From: Caedibacter taeniospiralis
Lineage (GTDB): Bacteria; Pseudomonadota; Gammaproteobacteria; Francisellales; Francisellaceae
Length of the DNA stretch: 32,000 nucleotides
Direction of reading: 5' to 3'
Assembly (NCBI RefSeq): GCF_002803295.2
Contig: NZ_PGGB02000012.1
Location: 6,364-38,363, forward strand
The notes beneath the pieces were generated by a model, which was not told the origin of the DNA, did no database searches, and worked only from the letters and a program-made list of their open reading frames with translations. Each line of letters begins with the position of its first letter. Within the stretch, counting starts at the first letter, position 1. The position numbers and the translations under genes are program-made. Shown here piece by piece: positions 26,600 to 32,000 of the stretch.

Positions 26600-29500
26600 A
26601 TGACTAATCATCGCGAGCAATTCAAACATATCCAAAAAGTTTTACTCTTAGGTTCTGGTGGCATTCGTATCTCACAAGCAGGTGAATTTGACTATTCAGG
26701 ATCCCAAGCCATTAAGGCCTTGAAAGAAGAGGGCATCAAAGTTATTCTGGTGAACCCGAATATTGCCACGATTCAAACGGATCCAGGCATGGCGGATGAG
26801 GTTTACTTTGAGCCTTTAGATTTAGCTCATGTGACTAAAATCATTGAGAAAGAAAAGCCCGATGCCATTATGTTAAGTTTTGGTGGGCAAACTGCTTTAA
26901 ATTTAGGGCTTCTGCTTGAAGAGAAAGGGATTTTAGCACTGCATAATGTCAAGGTTTTGGGAAGTTCGATTCAAACCATCAAAGATGCGGAAGATCGTGG
27001 ATTATTTAAAAATAAACTCGATGAAATAGGTATTAAAACTGCTAAGAGTTTTGTTGCCACAACAGGTAAACAAGCGCTTGAAGCAGCTAAGGAAATCGGC
27101 TTTCCACTGATGATGCGCTCTGGTTTTTCACTTGGCGGGTTGGGGTCTGGGATCGTTAAAACAGAAAGTGAGCTAAAACACAGAGTAACCGAGGTGCTTA
27201 ATGCAACCTCCCAGGTGTTGATTGAGGAGTGTCTTCTTGGCTGGAATGAGTTTGAATACGAAATCGTGCGTGATATGGCAGGCAATGTCTTAACCGTGTG
27301 TAACATGGAGAACTTTGATCCTATGGGGATTCACACGGGAGAAAGTATCGTTGTATCGCCGTCACAATCCTTAAATAATGAGGAATATCATCGTTTACGT
27401 GAGATTGCCATTGAAGTGGCGAATCATTTTAACATCGTTGGTGAGTGCAATATTCAATATGCCTTTAATCTGGAAACTTCCGATTACCGCGTGATTGAGA
27501 TCAACCCAAGATTATCACGCTCTTCAGCGCTTGCCTCAAAAGCCACAGGCTATCCACTCGCGTTTATCGCTGCCAAGCTTGTTTTAGGTTATAAACTGTA
27601 TGAATTACAAAATGCAGTAACCAAAAAAACCTGTGCTTATTTTGAACCAGCACTTGATTATATCGTGGTAAAAATTCCACGCTGGGATACGCATAAGCTG
27701 AAAAAAGCTGAGCGCTTTATCGGGACTGAAATGAAATCGGTCGGTGAGGTAATGGCGATTGGTCGCTCATTCCCTGAAGGTTTACAAAAAGCTGTGGGTA
27801 TGCTGAATATTGGTGCAGCCGATTTAGCAGATTATCCTTATGAGATTCCTGATTTAGCGCTTGAAATTGAGCGCGCAACGGATCGCAGGATTTTTGCGCT
27901 GCATCGCTTTTTTGTCGCAGGGGGTGAGATTGAAACAGCCTATCAGCTATCAAAGATTGACAAATGGTTTTTAAATCACATGCGTACGATTGCGCAAATG
28001 GAGAATCGACTAAAGGATTTAAATAACCCATTAACTAAAGAGCTATTAAAAGAGGCGAAAAAACTCGGCTTCTCAGATAAGAGTATTGCGCGCTTTCGTG
28101 AAATGGATGTAGAGGCTCTGCGCGCCTGGCGTATTTCACAAGGGATTATTCCTTATGTGAAACAGATCGATACTCTGGCGGGGGAATTTGAGGTCGAAAC
28201 CAATTATTTATACATGACTTATCACGGCGTTGAACATGATGTGAAGCCATCTGAGCTCCCCGCAACTTTAATTATCGGCTCAGGACCCTATAGCATTGGC
28301 TCATCCGTGGAGTTTGACTGGTGTGGTGTGACCACCGCTCACACCTTAAAGAAGCTTGGTGAGTCGCCTATTATTATCAACTCCAATCCCGAAACCGTTT
28401 CAACGGATTATGATGAATCCGATAGACTTTACTTTGAGCAGCTTACTTTGGAGCGAGTGCAGGATATTGCCGATTTTGAAAATCTCAAAGGCATTATTGT
28501 GTCAGTTGGTGGGCAGATTGCAAATAATCTTGTTATTCCTTTGTCAAAAGCTGGCTACCAGATCTTAGGGACTTCACCCAAAAACATTAATAAAGCAGAG
28601 AATCGCGCGATATTTTCGCAGATGCTTAATGAACTTCAGGTCGATCAGCCTGATTGGCAATCGGTGACAACCCTTGAAAATGCCAAAGACTTTGCCAACA
28701 AGGTTGGCTATCCCATTTTGGTGCGCCCATCCTATGTGTTATCAGGGGCTGCAATGAATGTCATTTATTCAGAAGATGCACTTAAACAGTACCTGGCGGA
28801 AGCAACCTTGGTATCCCCTGAATACCCTGTGGTGATTTCAGATTTTATCAGTAATGCCAAGGAGCTTGAGATCGATGGGGTTGCTGAAAATGGTGAGATT
28901 GTGATTTATGCCATTTCTGAACACGTTGAGAATGCAGGTGTGCACTCAGGGGATGCAACCATTGTGCTGCCGCCGCAGAATCTGTATCTGGAAACCATAC
29001 GTCGCGCCAAGCGTATTACCAAAAAAATCGTGAAATCCCTGGAGATTTCTGGACCTTTTAATATTCAATTTATTGCCAAAGACAATAACTTGAAAGTCAT
29101 TGAATGTAATCTTAGAGCCTCTAGATCTTTTCCATTTGTATCTAAGGTAACAGGGCATAATTTTATTGAAATTGCCACCGAAGTGATTATGGGCAAATAT
29201 AAGAGAAAGCGCTATAACACGCTGGATCTGGACTATGTTGGCGTTAAGACTTCACAGTTTTCATATAACCGCTTAAAGGGTGCCAACCCTGTGGCGCATG
29301 TTGAGATGTCCTCAACGGGGGAGGTGGGCTGTATTGGTTATGACCTATTGGATGCTTTTTATAAATCCTGGCAAGCCACCGAGATGTTTGTCAAGCGTAA
29401 GAAGGTGCTGTTGTCTATTGGGGGAGATAAGAAAGTCAAACTTCTGCCTGAAATTAAAAGACTCTCTCAAGAAGGCTGGGAAATCTACACGACAACTGGC

Positions 29501-29818
29501 ACGCATCAATATCTCAAAGACTTAGGTATTGAAACAAAGCTTACCCACAAGATCAGCGAGTCAGAAATGCCAAATGTTGAAACCATCATTGCTAATCACT
29601 ACGTTGACTTGATTATTAATATTCCAAGAAGACCACAGCATGTTAGTGATGATAATGTTTCTGATGGTTTCAAAATCCGACGCTTAGCCGTCGATCATCA
29701 CATCCCGCTTATTACTAATTTGCAGATTGCGGAGCTCACTTTGCGCTCCTTAGCCGAGCTGTACGATGCGCCACTGCAGGTAAAATCGTGGCGCGAATTT
29801 ATGGAGACGCGTACTTGA
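26600..29818 (+). CDS. carB: Carbamoyl-phosphate synthase large subunit, Bacteroidota/eukaryote-like type
   Basis: Two ATP-grasp halves: GSGGIRISQAGEFDYSGSQAIKALKEEGI, SALASKATGYPLAFIAAKL; second half LIIGSGPYSIGSSVEFDWCGV, RPSYVLSGAAM, VIECNLRASRSFPFVSKVTG. C-terminal MGS-like domain. Start reassigned from 26543 to the ATG at 26600. Confidence 0.95.
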   Translation: MTNHREQFKHIQKVLLLGSGGIRISQAGEFDYSGSQAIKALKEEGIKVILVNPNIATIQTDPGMADEVYFEPLDLAHVTKIIEKEKPDAIMLSFGGQTALNLGLLLEEKGILALHNVKVLGSSIQTIKDAEDRGLFKNKLDEIGIKTAKSFVATTGKQALEAAKEIGFPLMMRSGFSLGGLGSGIVKTESELKHRVTEVLNATSQVLIEECLLGWNEFEYEIVRDMAGNVLTVCNMENFDPMGIHTGESIVVSPSQSLNNEEYHRLREIAIEVANHFNIVGECNIQYAFNLETSDYRVIEINPRLSRSSALASKATGYPLAFIAAKLVLGYKLYELQNAVTKKTCAYFEPALDYIVVKIPRWDTHKLKKAERFIGTEMKSVGEVMAIGRSFPEGLQKAVGMLNIGAADLADYPYEIPDLALEIERATDRRIFALHRFFVAGGEIETAYQLSKIDKWFLNHMRTIAQMENRLKDLNNPLTKELLKEAKKLGFSDKSIARFREMDVEALRAWRISQGIIPYVKQIDTLAGEFEVETNYLYMTYHGVEHDVKPSELPATLIIGSGPYSIGSSVEFDWCGVTTAHTLKKLGESPIIINSNPETVSTDYDESDRLYFEQLTLERVQDIADFENLKGIIVSVGGQIANNLVIPLSKAGYQILGTSPKNINKAENRAIFSQMLNELQVDQPDWQSVTTLENAKDFANKVGYPILVRPSYVLSGAAMNVIYSEDALKQYLAEATLVSPEYPVVISDFISNAKELEIDGVAENGEIVIYAISEHVENAGVHSGDATIVLPPQNLYLETIRRAKRITKKIVKSLEISGPFNIQFIAKDNNLKVIECNLRASRSFPFVSKVTGHNFIEIATEVIMGKYKRKRYNTLDLDYVGVKTSQFSYNRLKGANPVAHVEMSSTGEVGCIGYDLLDAFYKSWQATEMFVKRKKVLLSIGGDKKVKLLPEIKRLSQEGWEIYTTTGTHQYLKDLGIETKLTHKISESEMPNVETIIANHYVDLIINIPRRPQHVSDDNVSDGFKIRRLAVDHHIPLITNLQIAELTLRSLAELYDAPLQVKSWREFMETRT

Positions 29819-31770
29819 TCACATTACAGAATATCTCACTCCAACGTGGCTTAAAACAGCTACTCAATGAGGTAAGTTTCTCAATTTATGACCAACAAAA
29901 AATAGGTCTTGTTGGGGCTAATGGCGCGGGCAAAACTTCCCTGTTTATGCTTTTGGCAGGCGCTTTGCACGCTGACCAAGGTGAGATAGAGATTGCAAAA
30001 GGCACACGTATCGTGACAGTAAAACAGGAAGTGGATGATTTAGATGCTTCCATTTTACATTATGTGATGCAAGGCAATCGTGAGCTTTATGCGCTTAATC
30101 TCGCGATGCAACAGACTTTACAGGATGAAGCATATGAACAATATGCGCAGTTGCATGCGGATTTTGAGGTCTTGGGTGGCTATCAACTAGAATCACAAGC
30201 TTCTTTGTTACTCGATGGATTGGGCTTTGAAACAAGACAATTTCATGAACCTGTTGGTACTTTATCAGGAGGATGGCGAATTCGCTTGAATCTCGCGCAA
30301 GCACTATTGCAGCAAGCGGAAGTTTTACTTTTGGATGAGCCAACAAACCACTTAGATCTTGATGCGGTGTTGTGGCTTGAGCGCTATTTGCAAAATTATC
30401 CAGGGGCAATTGTGCTTATCTCGCATGATCGGATATTTTTAGACAATGTGGTGAATCGTATTTTACACATCGAAAATAAATCGCTGACAAGCTACAGCGG
30501 GAATTACTCAAGTTTTGAAAAACAATATCACGAGCAAAGGCTTTTGCAGCAGAAGGCGCACGTCAAGCAGCAGCAAAAGATTGCCCATTTGGAGAGCTTT
30601 GTCAATCGCTTTAAGGCGAAGGCTTCTAAGGCGAAACAGGCGCAATCTCGCATGAAAATGCTTGAGAAAATGCAGCGTATAGAAGAGGTGCATGATAAAA
30701 AAGCATTTAGTTTTTCATTTGCGCAAAGTGCTAAAATGCCAGCAGGATGCCTGTTAGCACTGAATAATGCTGCCTTGGGTTATGCTAAGAAGCCCATTTT
30801 GCACAATGTGAATCAAATGATTTTGCCAGAAATGCGCATAGGATTGTTGGGCAAAAATGGCGCGGGTAAATCAACCCTGGTGAAAACTTTGGTAGGTGAG
30901 TTGCCATTATTATCTGGCGAGTGTAACAAGCATCCAGATTTAAGAGTGGGTTACTTTGCACAGCATTCGTTAGATGCACTTGATTTTTCAGCCTCTGCCT
31001 TAACGCATATTAAGCGTTTAGATGGCAAAATAACGGAAGAGCAGGCACGCAAGTTTTTAGGGCGCTTTAACTTTAGCAATGACATGGCATTGTCGAATAT
31101 TGGTGGGTTTTCAGGGGGTGAAAAAGCACGTCTGGCACTGGCATTGATTGTTTACCAAAAGCCAAATTTTCTGTTGTTAGATGAACCAACAAACCATTTG
31201 GATATTGAGGTACGCGAAGCCTTGGCTTATGCCCTGCAATCATTTGAAGGCGCATTAGTGCTTATTTCACATGATCGCTATTTGTTGGAAAGTACGGTCG
31301 ATGAATATTGGTTGATTGATCAAGGGCAGGTAAGGGCTTTTGATGGTGATTTAAATGATTACTATCAGTATATGCTTGGACAGAAAAAACAAGAAAAACA
31401 AGAAAAACAAGAAAGGCAGAAAAGCCAACAAAAGCAAGATGCTGTCGTTGAAAACTCAAATGAACCTCAGACTTTAGAATCTACAACTGAAAGTGCGAAA
31501 AATAAAAAAGAAACCCGTCAGCAGCGCGCGCAAGTACAAGCTAAATTAAGACCCTTGCAAGATAAGGTAAATAAGCTTGAAAAAGAAATCACCAGGTTGC
31601 AAGCGCAGAAGAAATTATTTGATCTTAGGTTGCAAGATGAAGCATTTTATCAGGATAAAGTGCAATTAAATGAGGTATTAGCCGCACAGCAACAGCTGCA
31701 AACTGAGATTGATGCAAAAGAGTTAATATGGATTGAATTAGTTGAGGAATTGGAAAGGTTGACGGGATAG
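29815..31770 (+). CDS. ABC-F family ATPase, YheS-like
   Basis: Two Walker A motifs (GANGAGKTS, GKNGAGKST), LSGGWRIRLNLAQAL and FSGGEKARLALAL signatures, LLLDEPTNHLD twice, NRFKAKASKAKQAQSRMKMLEKM linker, coiled-coil C-terminus. TTG at 29815 overlaps the carB stop (TTGA); the track start at 29788 is a GTG. Confidence 0.93.
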   Translation: MITLQNISLQRGLKQLLNEVSFSIYDQQKIGLVGANGAGKTSLFMLLAGALHADQGEIEIAKGTRIVTVKQEVDDLDASILHYVMQGNRELYALNLAMQQTLQDEAYEQYAQLHADFEVLGGYQLESQASLLLDGLGFETRQFHEPVGTLSGGWRIRLNLAQALLQQAEVLLLDEPTNHLDLDAVLWLERYLQNYPGAIVLISHDRIFLDNVVNRILHIENKSLTSYSGNYSSFEKQYHEQRLLQQKAHVKQQQKIAHLESFVNRFKAKASKAKQAQSRMKMLEKMQRIEEVHDKKAFSFSFAQSAKMPAGCLLALNNAALGYAKKPILHNVNQMILPEMRIGLLGKNGAGKSTLVKTLVGELPLLSGECNKHPDLRVGYFAQHSLDALDFSASALTHIKRLDGKITEEQARKFLGRFNFSNDMALSNIGGFSGGEKARLALALIVYQKPNFLLLDEPTNHLDIEVREALAYALQSFEGALVLISHDRYLLESTVDEYWLIDQGQVRAFDGDLNDYYQYMLGQKKQEKQEKQERQKSQQKQDAVVENSNEPQTLESTTESAKNKKETRQQRAQVQAKLRPLQDKVNKLEKEITRLQAQKKLFDLRLQDEAFYQDKVQLNEVLAAQQQLQTEIDAKELIWIELVEELERLTG

Positions 31771-31773
31771 GTA

Positions 31774-31801
31774 GTAGGGGCGAAAAATATTTCGCCCCTA
31801 C
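31774..31801. terminator. Strong hairpin between the converging ABC-F and nuclease-like genes, possible bidirectional terminator or dispersed repeat
   Basis: GTAGGGGCGAAA (31774-31785), loop AATA, TTTCGCCCCTAC (31790-31801): perfect 12-bp stem. Confidence 0.65.
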
Positions 31802-31804
31802 GCG

Positions 31805-32000
31805 TCAAAACGACTCAGATACTAAATCAATCACATTCCGTTCTTGTGAGTCGAAGCTGATACCGATCAAATAAACAGGCTTATTGCTGCTAAGGTATTT
31901 TTCCGCATATTTTTTATCTTTAATCTGCTTGATGGCACTCTTGGCATCCCCCAACTTAGCGAGTTTAAATTCAATAATTACCACCTTATCGTGCATGATC
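31805..32000 (-). CDS. C-terminal part of a PD-(D/E)XK nuclease superfamily / AAA-ATPase-like protein, 5' end outside the window
   Basis: HDKVVIIEFKLAKLGDAKSAIKQIKDKKYAEKYLSSNKPVYLIGISFDSQERNV: ExK motif (IEFK) followed by QIxxKxYAxKY, as in the DUF1703-type family. The frame stays open to the right edge. Confidence 0.75.
   Translation of the reverse strand, partial: IMHDKVVIIEFKLAKLGDAKSAIKQIKDKKYAEKYLSSNKPVYLIGISFDSQERNVIDLVSESF

Noticed and set aside
26971-29525. Several 70-111 aa ORFs inside carB on both strands
   Set aside because: Shadow ORFs inside a continuous, well-matched CarB reading frame.
1-32000. tRNA or rRNA genes, CRISPR arrays, integrase or transposase genes
   Set aside because: I saw no regularly spaced repeats, no T-loop/acceptor-like structures and no transposase or integrase motifs in the window. 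This was a visual scan, so tRNAscan-SE and minced should confirm it.
31805-32000. Treating the PD-(D/E)XK-like fragment as part of a defence system
   Set aside because: Only the last ~65 residues are in the window, no partner genes are visible, and this nuclease-like family is common without a known defence role.

Overview
This 32 kb window is mostly ordinary housekeeping chromosome. The gene content (folK-folP fusion, orphan RnfB-like ferredoxin beside nth, lptF/lptG, phhA/phhB, phaR) suggests a gammaproteobacterium, perhaps Legionellales-like; this placement is inference. Recognisable genes in order: metK (partial), grxD, sodB, deaD-type helicase, a small coiled-coil membrane protein, phhA, phhB, a ferredoxin-NADP reductase-like protein, rpmE, a helicase remnant, a thioesterase, dacB, folB, folK-folP, phaR, ftsZ, a DUF1841 protein, nth, rnfB-like, rsmD, lptG, lptF, galE, an MMPL/RND exporter, recG, an AsmA-like protein, a small lipoprotein, a frameshifted DUF481-like outer-membrane protein, carB, a YheS-type ABC-F protein and a partial PD-(D/E)XK nuclease-like protein. 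I found no defence island, CRISPR array, tRNA/rRNA, prophage or biosynthetic cluster, and no convincing new multi-gene system. The observations most worth a second look are: (1) an ftsZ that lacks the conserved C-terminal peptide and sits outside a dcw cluster; (2) a carB of the Bacteroidota/eukaryote-like sequence type with no adjacent carA; (3) a decayed C-terminal relic of a Maf-family gene between phhB and the reductase, readable only across three frames and absent from the ORF track; (4) a single-base frameshift in the DUF481-like gene; (5) a compact element with 10-bp inverted ends and two internal hairpins upstream of carB; (6) an 8-bp inverted repeat that could hide the metK ribosome-binding site; (7) a DHPS domain with altered signature loops.
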